Shown here in pieces: positions 11,655 to 21,959 of a DNA stretch of 64,000 bases. The notes beneath the pieces are model-generated. The model saw only the letters and a list, made by a program, of their open reading frames with translations. It was not told the origin of the DNA and did not search any database. Positions within the stretch are counted from its first letter, which is position 1, and every line of letters starts with the position of its first letter. Position numbers and translations under genes: made by a program. Origin of the DNA: Selaginella moellendorffii (lineage: Eukaryota > Plantae > Lycopodiophyta). The stretch spans positions 134,001 to 198,000 of the forward strand of contig NW_003314358.1 in the NCBI RefSeq assembly GCF_000143415.4. The letters are read 5' to 3'.

Positions 11655-13334
11655 ATGGCTGCTCTAGTCCTGGACAGCCACCAGGTACAATCCTATGCAG
11701 CGCTTATCCGCCACTGTAGCGGCCACAGCGTCACGGAAGCCAGGAGAATCCACGGACTTATCTCCGCAGCTGGTTACGACCAGGACAGGTTCCTGAGAAA
11801 TCTTCTGATAGAGATGTACGGGCGATGCAAGCTTCTCGAAGAGGCGCTGCTCGTGTTCCAAGGAATCCGGTCTCCGAACCAGTTCTCCTACAACTTGCTA
11901 CTGGCGGCATTCGCCCACAACGGGGAATTGCTCCAGGTACAGAAACTCTTCGACGACTTGCCCGCTCGGGACGTGGTCTCGTGGAATCTGGTGCTCACAG
12001 CCTCGGTCCAGCGGCAGCATAACCAGGAAGTTTTCGGCTACTACAGGAAGATGAGGCTCGAAGGATTTCGCTGCGACGAGATCACGTTTGTGACGATCCT
12101 CGCGGCCTGTACGAGTGTGGCGTTTCTATCCCAGGGACAGCTTGTCCATGCTCAGATCATCGACGCCGGCCTGGAGCTTCACGTCTTGGTTGCAACAGCG
12201 CTGGTTCACATGTACGGGAGATGCTTAGAGGTGGATCGAGCGGTGCGAGTTTTCGAAGGCATGGCCGAGAAGGACTTGGTGTCCTGGACGACGATGGTGG
12301 CTGTGTTTGCCGACACTGGGAATGTCCAGGAAGCTTGGAAGACGTTTAACCGGATGCCACAGAGGAACGTAGTATCCTGGACGACAATGCTAGTTGCTTA
12401 TGCGGAGAACGGACACTTGGAACGGGCAAAGTATCTCTTCGACAGGTTTCCTCAGCGGGACGTGATCGCATGGAACGCAATGGTGACGGCTTACGTTAAT
12501 GGGGGTGTTCTAGACGGGGCAAGGTCGGTTTTTGATGAGATGGTGGAGAGAAGCAAGGCAACTTGGAACGTCATGCTCACGGGATATGCCCAGGGAGGGC
12601 ATGCCTTGGAGGCCTGGGAGCTCTTCAGGAAGATGGACTTGGAAGGTTTCCAGCCGGACAAGATAAGCTTCGTGTGTGTGCTCGAGAGCTTGCCCGGGGA
12701 TTCAGCAGAAGCAGGGATCGTTCACCGTGAAGCGCTGGAAACAGGTGACATTTCGGAGGTTTCAGTAGCGACTGCGCTCGTTCATATGTATGGCAAGTGC
12801 GGGAACCTGAGACGAGCGCGGGTGGTGTTTGAGGAGATGAAGAATCGCAGCCTCCTGTCGTGGAACGCCATGCTCACGGCGTATGCCCGCAACGGGCATG
12901 TCAGCAGCATGGTTGGATTCCTGAGCGAGATGAGCAACGGTGGCGTGGAGCTCAACGCTGTGACTTTTATCAGCGTTCTTGCGGGCTTTAGCCACAGAGG
13001 CCTGCTCAAAGACGGCCACCGCAACTTCATCTCGATCGTTGCCGACTATGGAATCATGCCGATACTGGATCACTACATCTGCATGGTCGATTTGCTCGGA
13101 AGAGCTGGACAGGTCGAGGAAGCCAAGGAGCTGATTGAAAACATGCCGTTTGATGCCGACTCCGCTACATGGACTGCTCTCTTGAGCGCTTCCAGGATTC
13201 ACAAAAACGGATCAAACGACACTGCGGCTGCTGCTCCTGAGAAGCTCATCGAGTGCCATCCTCAAATCTCCGGGCCTTACGTGCTGCTGTCAAACATCTA
13301 CGAGAGCCCGTCAAAGCTAGCAGCACGAGGCTAG
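11655..13334 (+). CDS. PLS-class PPR protein with E domain, no DYW (organellar RNA-editing factor type)
   Basis: Intronless 559 aa; repeats of the FDRMPQRNVVSW type; C-terminal DHYICMVDLLGRAG...MPFDADSATWTALLSA...PYVLLSNIY E motif. Confidence 0.93.
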   Translation: MAALVLDSHQVQSYAALIRHCSGHSVTEARRIHGLISAAGYDQDRFLRNLLIEMYGRCKLLEEALLVFQGIRSPNQFSYNLLLAAFAHNGELLQVQKLFDDLPARDVVSWNLVLTASVQRQHNQEVFGYYRKMRLEGFRCDEITFVTILAACTSVAFLSQGQLVHAQIIDAGLELHVLVATALVHMYGRCLEVDRAVRVFEGMAEKDLVSWTTMVAVFADTGNVQEAWKTFNRMPQRNVVSWTTMLVAYAENGHLERAKYLFDRFPQRDVIAWNAMVTAYVNGGVLDGARSVFDEMVERSKATWNVMLTGYAQGGHALEAWELFRKMDLEGFQPDKISFVCVLESLPGDSAEAGIVHREALETGDISEVSVATALVHMYGKCGNLRRARVVFEEMKNRSLLSWNAMLTAYARNGHVSSMVGFLSEMSNGGVELNAVTFISVLAGFSHRGLLKDGHRNFISIVADYGIMPILDHYICMVDLLGRAGQVEEAKELIENMPFDADSATWTALLSASRIHKNGSNDTAAAAPEKLIECHPQISGPYVLLSNIYESPSKLAARG

Positions 13335-15521
13335 AACATCGTCCGAGTTTGCAGCTTCGACGTTGGTGTTGGACAGCATCACGCATGCCGCGGCTCGAAA
13401 CTCCGGGCTCATCTCCACGAGCCGCTCGGCTGCTCGCTGGCCGCATTCGGCACTGGCGTTCCTCCGGCAGGCCCCCAGCAAAGTCATCCACGCGATGTCG
13501 TCTGGCTCAAACGGCATGGTATTGATGAGCTCCTCCGCTTCCCGGAGCTTCCCACGCCTGCAAAGAGCGTCGACTACGCAGACAAAGTGATCCTTCTTTG
13601 GAGCGATCCCAAAGTCCTGCTGCATCGACAAGAAGAAGAACCAAGCCTCGGACGCGGCCGCAGCACTGGCGGTGTGGCTACACGCAGAGAGAACATTGAC
13701 GAAAGTTATGCTGGTAACGTCCACTCCCTCGAGCTTCATGGCTTGGAACAGCTCCAGTGCCTCTCGGCCATGACCATTCGCAGCGTAAGCTCCGATCATC
13801 GAGTTCCAAGTCACTTCGTTCGGCCGGGGCATGGTATCAAACACACTCCGGGCCGTGGGAAGAGCTCCACATTCGCTATACATGGACAGGAGCGCGCTGG
13901 CCACCACAGTGTTGCAGCCGAGGCCGGTCTCTACAGCTTCGACGTGGATCCTCTTTCCTTCGGCAAGCAGTGACAGGCTTCCACACGCGTTCAAGGCCGT
14001 GGAGAAGGAGCTCTCGTCCGGAAGGAAGCCATCCAAGTCCATCAACTTGAACACCTCCACAGCTTCTCTCTGGCAGCCATTGTGGACGAAGCAAGTAGCC
14101 ATCATGTTCCACACGACGGCGCTGCGAACCGGGAGGCTGTCAAACATCCGCTTGGTCTGCTCGATCTCGCCTCTCAAGCTGTGAGCCTGCATCACCACCG
14201 TGTACACGACCAAGTCGAGTTCCGGCATGGCTTCCAAGACGTCCCGCGACTCCTCGAGCAGTCCCTTTTGAGCGAAGCCGTAAGCCAGAGCTGCCCAAGA
14301 GAGAGCATCACAGCCGGGCATCCTCTCCAGCACCGCTCTCGCCAAGTCGAAGAGCTCGGCTCGAGCACAAACCGTGATCAGGCTCGTCCAGCACACGACG
14401 TCTCTCCTGGGCATTCGATCGAAGACCATCTTCGCGTCACCGGCCTGGTGCTCGTTCTGCGCGTAGGCCGCGAGCATCACAGTCCAGCAGACACTGTCGT
14501 GGCTGGGCATCTTCCAGAACGCATCCTTGACGCTCCGGCCATCGCTCTCCTCGCTCCCTGGAAACGTTTGCAGCAGCAAAGTCCAGGACACTAGATCACG
14601 ACCAGACGGCATTCGATGGAAGTAGCCTCGCGCGCGCTCCAGATCGCCGGACTGAGTGAAAGCTCGGATCATCGTGTTCCAAGTCACCGTGTTCTTCCCC
14701 TCCATCGACTCAAACAGCTTCGCAGCGTCTTGATAATGTCCGTTTTGCGCATAGGCGTTTATCATGGTGTTCCGAGAGAATAGATCCTCGCAAGCCATTC
14801 TCTCAAACAAGAGCTTCGCACTGCGAATATCCCCGGACATGGCATATACCGCTACGGCAACATTCCAAGATACCACATCCTTGTCCGGCATCTCATCGAA
14901 TATATTTTTTACCTGGGAAGTTTTACCGGCTCGACAATATGCTGACATTAAAGAGTTCCACGAGATTCTATCCAGGAGAGGGGTCTTGTAGAAAACTTCT
15001 ATGGCGTAGGAAACATGCCCGGCCTGGGCATATGCCGTGATTATGGCATTCCAACACACAGAGTCTCTACTGGGCATATCATCGAAAAGAGACCTTGCAT
15101 CTACCAGCTGGGAGTTCTGGCAGTATCCAAGGATCATCACAGTTGTGGAGTAAACACTGTGAAGCGCCATCTTGTGGAAGATTGACGCCGCGTCGACAAT
15201 ATGCCCACTATGGGCATTTGCTGAAACGAGAAATGACCACGAGTGGAGGTTTTTCTGGCGAATGTGGTCGAATGCGGCAGATGCCAAGGCGATGCTGCCG
15301 GTGCTTGCGTACATCTTGACGAGAAAGTTCCCAAGTATAGTGCCGGTGTCGAGATTCTTGGCTCGGATCTCCGCGTGGAGACGCTGGCCGTCGTGGAGGC
15401 ATTTGGATCGGCAGCAGTCGCGGAGGAGCTGTGAGTAGTGGTGGTGGTCTTCCTTGCTGGACGACGCGAGAGCATCGTTTAGGCGGGCTAGGGATGAATT
15501 AGGCGATCTTGGAAAAACCAT
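13317..15521 (-). CDS. PLS-class PPR protein with E domain, no DYW
   Basis: Intronless 734 aa; many S/SS-type repeats (FDEMPDKDVVSWN, AYAQNGH); E domain DHFVCVVDALCRRG...MPFEPDDIAWMTLLGAC. The CDS overlaps the previous PPR by 18 nt. Confidence 0.93.
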   Translation of the reverse strand: MVFPRSPNSSLARLNDALASSSKEDHHHYSQLLRDCCRSKCLHDGQRLHAEIRAKNLDTGTILGNFLVKMYASTGSIALASAAFDHIRQKNLHSWSFLVSANAHSGHIVDAASIFHKMALHSVYSTTVMILGYCQNSQLVDARSLFDDMPSRDSVCWNAIITAYAQAGHVSYAIEVFYKTPLLDRISWNSLMSAYCRAGKTSQVKNIFDEMPDKDVVSWNVAVAVYAMSGDIRSAKLLFERMACEDLFSRNTMINAYAQNGHYQDAAKLFESMEGKNTVTWNTMIRAFTQSGDLERARGYFHRMPSGRDLVSWTLLLQTFPGSEESDGRSVKDAFWKMPSHDSVCWTVMLAAYAQNEHQAGDAKMVFDRMPRRDVVCWTSLITVCARAELFDLARAVLERMPGCDALSWAALAYGFAQKGLLEESRDVLEAMPELDLVVYTVVMQAHSLRGEIEQTKRMFDSLPVRSAVVWNMMATCFVHNGCQREAVEVFKLMDLDGFLPDESSFSTALNACGSLSLLAEGKRIHVEAVETGLGCNTVVASALLSMYSECGALPTARSVFDTMPRPNEVTWNSMIGAYAANGHGREALELFQAMKLEGVDVTSITFVNVLSACSHTASAAAASEAWFFFLSMQQDFGIAPKKDHFVCVVDALCRRGKLREAEELINTMPFEPDDIAWMTLLGACRRNASAECGQRAAERLVEMSPEFRAAACVMLSNTNVEAANSDDVLASCC

Positions 15522-15570
15522 GCATGATGCAAGGGTTAGAACTTAAAGATATTAACTTTGTGGAAAAATG

Positions 15571-16173
15571 AATGATCTCGATCGCTCTATCCCAGCACGA
15601 TCAAGATCAGCAGCACAAGAATGCGCTGGCTTGCAAGAAGGAAGGCAACTCCACGCACAGATTTCATCGCAGGGACCAGCTGTTGCTAAATCTGCTGATG
15701 GCAGGATCGATCTGGCTCAGTATATCTTTGAAAGAATGCCGCTGATTCTTGGCATATGCCCAGAACGGGTATTTTCTACGGGCAGAGATTCTCTCCACTC
15801 AGGGATGCCGTGTCATGGAATTTGATGATCCAGGCATGAAGGAGTTGAGCCCATTGCAGTGACTTTTAGCAGCGTTTTCATGCCTGCAAGCCTCTTGGAC
15901 ACACACTTCCATTTCGAGGCTCTCGATCGAGGTTGTGTCCAATTCGCTTGTTTTCCTGTGAGAAACCTTGTCTCGTGGAGCTCCATGGTTGCTGTGTGGG
16001 TATAGTAGTGAAAGTTTGGCCGTGTTCCAAGCAATGGACTTGGAAGGCATGGCACCAAACGATGAGTATCATATCTGCAGCATGTAGTCACGGGGACTCC
16101 TGGTATGTATAGGGATGGATTATTTAGAGTATCACTCCTTGCATTTAAGTGACTTGAGGATCATCCAACACTC
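15571..16173 (+). pseudogene. End-to-end abridged inverted copy (~600 bp) of the 1.7-kb PPR gene 17565-19244
   Basis: Begins with the parent's upstream AATGATCTCGATCGCT, encodes QECAGLQEGRQLHAQIS and GRIDLAQYIFERMP, and ends ATTTAAGTGACTTGAGGATCATCCA.CACTC, the parent's last codons. Confidence 0.92.
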
Positions 16174-16239
16174 AACATATTTGGTGATGCAAGCTTTGTC
16201 AAGAGCTTTATGGTATAGAGTACCCAGAAAGATTGGAGG

Positions 16240-17560
16240 GTGACCAGTCAATAAATGTGATCATGATTTTATCATATGTAACTGTGGAATTACATATAAA
16301 CTCGTGTTTAAAACAACTGTTATACTCAACTATTTATATTGAACATATTTAGATATAAGGGTGATGTATTTAGTATCTCTAGCCACACATTAAATATTAA
16401 GAAGCTCAAAGGGATTGATAATTCGACAATGAATATTTATAAAGATAATATAGAAAATTAACTATAATTAAGGTTTGAGTATTTTCTGTTTAAAAACATT
16501 TTAAAAGATTTTATGCATACAAATAATTTTGTCTTCTAAATTTAAAAGGTAAATTAAACTATTTAATTTACCATTTAAATTTTTTTAAATGAAGTTAAAA
16601 TTATAAGAATAAAATTTATTGAAATTATCAATATTATGAATTTTTGATAAATCACTATTAAATATTTTAAGAGAAATTAAATTTTTACAAAAAACTTTAA
16701 TGAAAATAATATTTAGGATTAGTATTTATTTAAAGTAATTATGTCTATTTTATATGAAATTTTACATTTTATTGACTAATAATAAAACCAAATAATAATG
16801 GACAAATAAAACCATTATAATTAAAAGTATATCACCAGTGAAATAGTAGAATGTAGAATGTGTCCAGCATTGCAATTGTGATTGAGAAATAAAATTATTA
16901 ACATTTGTAAATTATTTAATACTAGATTATTTATATTCACTAACAAAAGAATTAAAATGTTTAATAATATCATTTATAATATTTTATAATTATTACTCAT
17001 AATAATATATTTTTTAAGTTAAAATTGAAAAACTATTATTATTCACTATTGCAATTTATGTAATCACTATTAGGGTTATTAATTGCTTCATTGTAATGAC
17101 AGTGCAATATTGGAAAATATAAAAAATACTTTATATCACATTATAATTTTCAAAGAGGAAATACCATACCACATGTAAATTAAAGTTAATTGAAACCCAT
17201 AACCAAGCTATAAAAGAGTTTTGAACAATATTATAATACAATATTAATTAAATATGTAGAAAAAATTATTATATTTTACTAGCATAATCAGATAAAAAAT
17301 AAAATTTATAATACTTATAGTTACATATCACAATTGAAATCATTATTATCAATAAAGTTATGCATTTTTGAAATTGAAGAAAATAATCTTAATTTCTATA
17401 TGAATGGCTACACTTTGTAAATGTTTTAAGAAATATAATAATAAATCATTTATTTATTTATTTTATAATAATTTATACTTTACAATGATGATGTTTCAAA
17501 AAAAATTTGTTTTTATAAGAAACTGTGTTTCAATTATGTTCTTGCAAAAACTCAGAACAG
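16240..17560. other. Extremely AT-rich island (possible non-autonomous or decayed TE) separating the PPR gene from its inverted copy
   Basis: Abrupt drop to very low GC with no credible ORF; no terminal repeats identified. Confidence 0.5.
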
Positions 17561-17564
17561 TGTC

Positions 17565-19244
17565 TCAAGAGTGCTGGATGATCCTCAAGTCACTTAAATC
17601 CAAGGAGTAGGACGCAGCTATTTCCTTGGCTTCCTCCACCTTTCCCGTCCTTCCAAGCAAATCTGCCAAGCATGCAAAATGATCCAGCCCTGGCTGAATC
17701 CCATAGTCCTGGAACATCCTCACGAAGTAGAGCCTGCCATCTTCCAGCAGTCCCCCGTGACTACACGCTGAGATGATACTCACAAAAGTTACCTCGTTCG
17801 GTGCCATGCCTTCCAAGTCCATTTCTTGGAACACGGCCAGACTCTCGCTGCTATACCCACACTGGGCATATCCCGCAACCATGGAGCTCCACGAGACAAC
17901 GTTCCTCACAGGCATTTTCTTGAAAACACCCGCAACACTCTGGAACGCTCCACAGCTCCGGTACGCGTCCATGAGCGAATTGGACACAACAGTGTCAAGC
18001 TCGATCGAGAGCCCGGAAATGGAGCTGTGGATCTTCCTTGTGTCTGAGAGGCTTGCAGCGTCAGCGCAGGCATGAAAAACGCTGCTCAAAGTCACTGTAT
18101 TGGGTTCCACTCCTTCATGCTGCATTCTCTGGAAGATTTGCAAAGCCGAATTACAATGCCCATTGCGAGCATATGTGGTTATCATTGCCGTCCAGGCAAC
18201 TACATCTCTATTATCAATGCTATCAAAGACAATCCGTGCTTCCAACACTCCACTGTGTTTGCCATAGCAATCCACCAGCGCTGTTTTCACTTCCATGGCT
18301 TGAAATGCCTCGTTGCCTCCCTGGACGGCGCTCTCATGCACACTCCTTACCTCCTCCAAACTCGAGCACGCCTCGATCGCGCTCACGAAGGTGATGGCAT
18401 CGGCGGAAGAAGTATCGCCTTCCAGATCCATGGCGCACAGCAGGAGAATCGCATGCTTGGATCTGCCACTGCGATTGCATGCCGAGACGATTGCGTTCCA
18501 GATCGTAGTGTTTCTATAGGGAGTGCCATGGAAGAGATTTAGAGCTAGTGGTAGATTGCCATTGTCGGCGAGTGCCGTGATCATCGTCGCGGCGGCCACC
18601 ACATCCCTGGCATCGTCCCGGAGAGAATCGAAGATCTCTTGGGCTTGGCGAGGTCTGCCGAGCCGACCATACATCTTCATCAGCTCGTTCGCCACGTGTT
18701 GGCAGCCCACGTCGCTCCCACCGTCGCGGGCAACGGCGTGCATGAGATCCGCCATCGCCAAGCTCGAGCAGCAGCTTAGCACTGGTGCGATGGCGAATCT
18801 ATCGGGTTTGATGCCGTCGAGATCCATCAGTACGAACAGTTGGAAGGCACGATCACCATTGCCGGCTCTTGCTTGCGCCTGGATCATCGAGTTCCATGAC
18901 ACGGCATCCCTTAACGGCATCTTGTCAAAGAGAACCTCTGCCTTTTCAAGATGCCCATTATGGGCATATGCGACGAACATGATGTTCCAAGAGAAAACGT
19001 TCCTCCGCGGCATTTTCTCAAAGATGTATTGAGCCAGATCCATCCTGCCATAGTCGCTGTACATCTTGATCAGGAGATTTAGCAGCAGCTGGTCCCTGCG
19101 AAGGATGTGGCACTGTGAAATCTGTGCGTGGAGTTGCCTTCCTTCTTGTAAGCCAGCGCATTCTTGAAGAGCTGCAATTAGGAGCTTCTTTTGCTGCTGC
19201 CAATCTTGATCGTGCTGGAAAATCCTGGCTGGGACGACGTGCAT
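17565..19244 (-). CDS. PLS-class PPR protein, truncated early in the E domain
   Basis: Intronless 559 aa PLS repeats ending DHFACLADLLGRTGKVEEAKEI followed by a non-canonical tail. Confidence 0.88.
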   Translation of the reverse strand: MHVVPARIFQHDQDWQQQKKLLIAALQECAGLQEGRQLHAQISQCHILRRDQLLLNLLIKMYSDYGRMDLAQYIFEKMPRRNVFSWNIMFVAYAHNGHLEKAEVLFDKMPLRDAVSWNSMIQAQARAGNGDRAFQLFVLMDLDGIKPDRFAIAPVLSCCSSLAMADLMHAVARDGGSDVGCQHVANELMKMYGRLGRPRQAQEIFDSLRDDARDVVAAATMITALADNGNLPLALNLFHGTPYRNTTIWNAIVSACNRSGRSKHAILLLCAMDLEGDTSSADAITFVSAIEACSSLEEVRSVHESAVQGGNEAFQAMEVKTALVDCYGKHSGVLEARIVFDSIDNRDVVAWTAMITTYARNGHCNSALQIFQRMQHEGVEPNTVTLSSVFHACADAASLSDTRKIHSSISGLSIELDTVVSNSLMDAYRSCGAFQSVAGVFKKMPVRNVVSWSSMVAGYAQCGYSSESLAVFQEMDLEGMAPNEVTFVSIISACSHGGLLEDGRLYFVRMFQDYGIQPGLDHFACLADLLGRTGKVEEAKEIAASYSLDLSDLRIIQHS

Positions 19245-19339
19245 GATCTAAAGCGATCGAGATCATTATATCTTGGCTGTGTAAACTATCACCACTACAG
19301 TACTACCGACCATCTATAACTGCGATCCATCCATGCGAT

Positions 19340-19600
19340 GCCAGCGGTCACGATAGGGAGGACGTCTACGTGCCAAATTCGCTGATTTACGCCTACGGCC
19401 GCCTCCACAGCGCCATCGTGGAGCAGGGAGTCTTCGATCGATGCAAAATCTCGTCTCTGACGATGATCTCGGTGTAGAACGCGATGCTGCTGGAGGCGCT
19501 GGCGATCCACCGCGCCATGGACGTGGAGGGCGACGAGATCACGGTGGTGAGCGCGCTGGATGCCTCGTCTACGATGTTCTCGCGGATGACCCAGTGAAAC
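19340..19600 (+). pseudogene. Abridged PPR fragment from a parent not seen in the window
   Basis: DVYVPNSLIYAYGRL...GVFDR and NAMLLEALAIHRAMDVEGDEITVVSALDA are PPR motifs with internal residues missing. Confidence 0.65.
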
Positions 19601-19670
19601 TGCCGTGGGCAAGAGGCGCTGGATCCACACGCTGTTGATCGAGTTGGGGCTGCTGCTCGATCGGTCAAAC

Positions 19671-19789
19671 ACCACAACCACCACCACCACCACCACCACC
19701 ACCCTGTCGTCAACGTAAGGCCTGTGTTGTTGCATGATCGAGAGGACTGACTGCTCTTAAGGCGCTATGATGATGATGATGATGATGAT
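19671..19789. repeat. (ACC)n and (GAT)n microsatellites
   Basis: ACC run at ~19671-19703; GAT run at ~19767-19789. Confidence 0.9.
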
Positions 19790-19799
19790 CGTATCTTGC

Positions 19800-20136
19800 T
19801 TCCATCGTCTAATCCGCGAAGTTGTCCTCGGCAAAGATATATGAGATGGCAAGTGGATGTCCGCAGCATTGCCTCCGCATCTGCCTCTATTCGCCAGAAG
19901 AGCCTCCACTCGTGGTCATTCCTCGTTGCAGCAAATGCCCAGAGCGGGCATATTTCCGATACTGCGTCAAAGATGGCCCTTCACAGCGTCTACTTTATAA
20001 CTGTCATGATCCTTGGCTACTGCCAAACTCTCAGCTTGTCCATTCACGGGCTCTTTCTGATCATATGCCCAGTAAAGACAGCGTGTGGTTGAATGCCATA
20101 ATCTCAGCCTATGCCCGGGTCGGGCATGTTTGCTAC
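19800..20136 (+). pseudogene. Third abridged copy of PPR 13317-15521 (5' part, inverted), fused tail-to-tail to a UGT fragment
   Basis: SIASASASIRQKSLHSWSFLVAANAQSGHISDTASKMALHSVYFITVMILGYCQ vs parent SIALASAAFDHIRQKNLHSWSFLVSANAHSGHIVDAASIFHKMALHSVYSTTVMILGYCQ. Confidence 0.9.
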
Positions 20137-20524
20137 AAGCAGCGTGTGGAGCACTGAGATGGTAAAAGTCCGGGACGACACACGCGACTCTGGGGCCGTC
20201 TCGATCGATCCGGGACAAGAGCTCCGCGAGTGGATCCTCCATTCGGAAGATGGCCTGGGAGAAGGCGGCCTGTGCGTCGAAGTTCTTCTCATCGAAGCCA
20301 TTGGAAAGTCACACGTCCATAGAGATGAACTCGAAGCGAATGTCGTGGCCATTATTCACAGGATTGTCCTCGCTCTTCCAGGATTGCTGCAAGGTTTCGT
20401 GGATGCTATCAGCGTTGATGACTCCGAGGAGCGCAAGCTTGCGGGCGAGATAGATGATTGGAACGACATGTCCCTGTGCTAGAAGTGGGATAAGAACAAC
20501 GTGAAGTTTCGAGAGAGAGCCCAT
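20137..20524 (-). pseudogene. 5' fragment of a family-1 UDP-glycosyltransferase
   Basis: MGSLSKLHVVLIPLLAQGHVVPIIYLARKLALLGV, then frameshifted MEDPLAELLSRIDRDGPRVACVVPDFY. No PSPG box. Confidence 0.85.
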
Positions 20525-20797
20525 GGATGATGATTAGACCAAGAAACAAAAAAGAAACTTTTCAAAGAGGAAGTTTTGAGGGATCGTTTGAGTTACCAGC
20601 ACTTATGGGCTGAATTGGGCATTGTTGTTTCTTTTACGTCTTGCCTTTCATTATTTCTGATTTGCAATAGGAACCATATAGTCCAGTATTGGGGTAATGT
20701 TTAGTGGTGAGAATTCTACGTTGTGGCTTGAACGAAAACTGACTACTCTGAATCAACAATTGAATTTATTACTAGAGCTATAAAGATTTTATTTGAT

Positions 20798-21535
20798 TTA
20801 AGATAGATTTGAGTTTATATAATTCCCTTTAAAAACCTTTAAGGTTTTTAAAACCTTTAAGCTCAATTTAGGTAGTCTTTTAGCAAAATTCAATTTGCTT
20901 GGTTGCTTCGTTTGTTGAAGATTGTGTAGATCAAATTCCTCGCACTCTGAGTGATGAGTGGAAGTCCTGTCAAAAACTATCAGTTTGCATTGAGGCACTA
21001 GCGTTAACGTCCCCTCGATCTTTACATCAAAGTATCTGATGGTCAACTCTCGCGTTTTAGGGTTGGGCTTGTCCTGGTCAAAGTATCCCAGTGGAAACCA
21101 CCACTGGCAGGGATACTCTATGTTGCCCCACAACTGGAACTTGTAATACCGGAGGTTGGATCGAATAATTGCTTTCGTGACAAGAGTGTCTTTGGAAAGT
21201 TGGCCAACTTTAAAAGGTTTTTGATAGTCCACCTTTCGAGGATTGATGTATTTCAACTCAAACTCCTCCACGGGCATTTGGGCATTGTCTTTGCCATAGA
21301 AACTCACAATTGTAGACACCTCAAATCCAGAGAGAGGTTTGACAAGGATGAATCTCAGCTTGGTGAGCTTGAATCTTGCTTCTCGACCTGTTTTACCCAA
21401 AAACTTCCACTCTCCATCTTGGTCCTCTTTCCCAAATACTTCACACTCTAAATTGTTGGTGTTGGAAGACAATAAAATCTTCTCCACTTTCATTACCCTT
21501 GGGAGTTCTACAACTAATTCTTTGCTATGAGCCAT
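20798..21535 (-). CDS. Intronless orphan protein, 245 aa, with two putative galactose-binding-like beta-sandwich repeats
   Basis: Uninterrupted ORF; TATATAA ~35 nt upstream of the ATG and a telo-box AAACCCTAA at 21548-21556. Internal repeat ELP.VMKVEKILL.SN...EVFG...EWKFLG...RFILVK / QLS.DTLVTKAIIRSN...QLWG...WFPLG...RYFDVK. Fold call is inference. Confidence 0.6.
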   Translation of the reverse strand: MAHSKELVVELPRVMKVEKILLSSNTNNLECEVFGKEDQDGEWKFLGKTGREARFKLTKLRFILVKPLSGFEVSTIVSFYGKDNAQMPVEEFELKYINPRKVDYQKPFKVGQLSKDTLVTKAIIRSNLRYYKFQLWGNIEYPCQWWFPLGYFDQDKPNPKTRELTIRYFDVKIEGTLTLVPQCKLIVFDRTSTHHSECEEFDLHNLQQTKQPSKLNFAKRLPKLSLKVLKTLKVFKGNYINSNLS

Positions 21536-21959
21536 GAGAATCCTATCAAACCCTAATTCTTGGAACTCTTATATAGAAGTTCCACAAAAGGTAGCTGCTT
21601 TGTGAGAGGTTCCAAAAAAGACGTCAATCTTTCTTTTTAATCCAAAATATAAAAAATTAACTCTTTTTGCAATTTAAACCCTTTATATTGATCCTTTGAG
21701 ATATACACAATATTAACTCTGGCACCATCTTGAGAGTTTGTAAATATGCTTGCATGAAATGAAAGTCCAGAACTGAAGACAATAAAATGAAAGTTAGACA
21801 ACTTACTTGGCAAAGCTCTTGAAATGCTTGCCTCTGCCGAAAATAGTCACTCATGCGTGTGAGATGATTTAAAGACTGTAACTATCATCTGGCATCTATC
21901 AAGTTACCCTTTTTGGCATAATATTGTATTTAATATCAAAGAGAAGCTTTGGTTTATGC

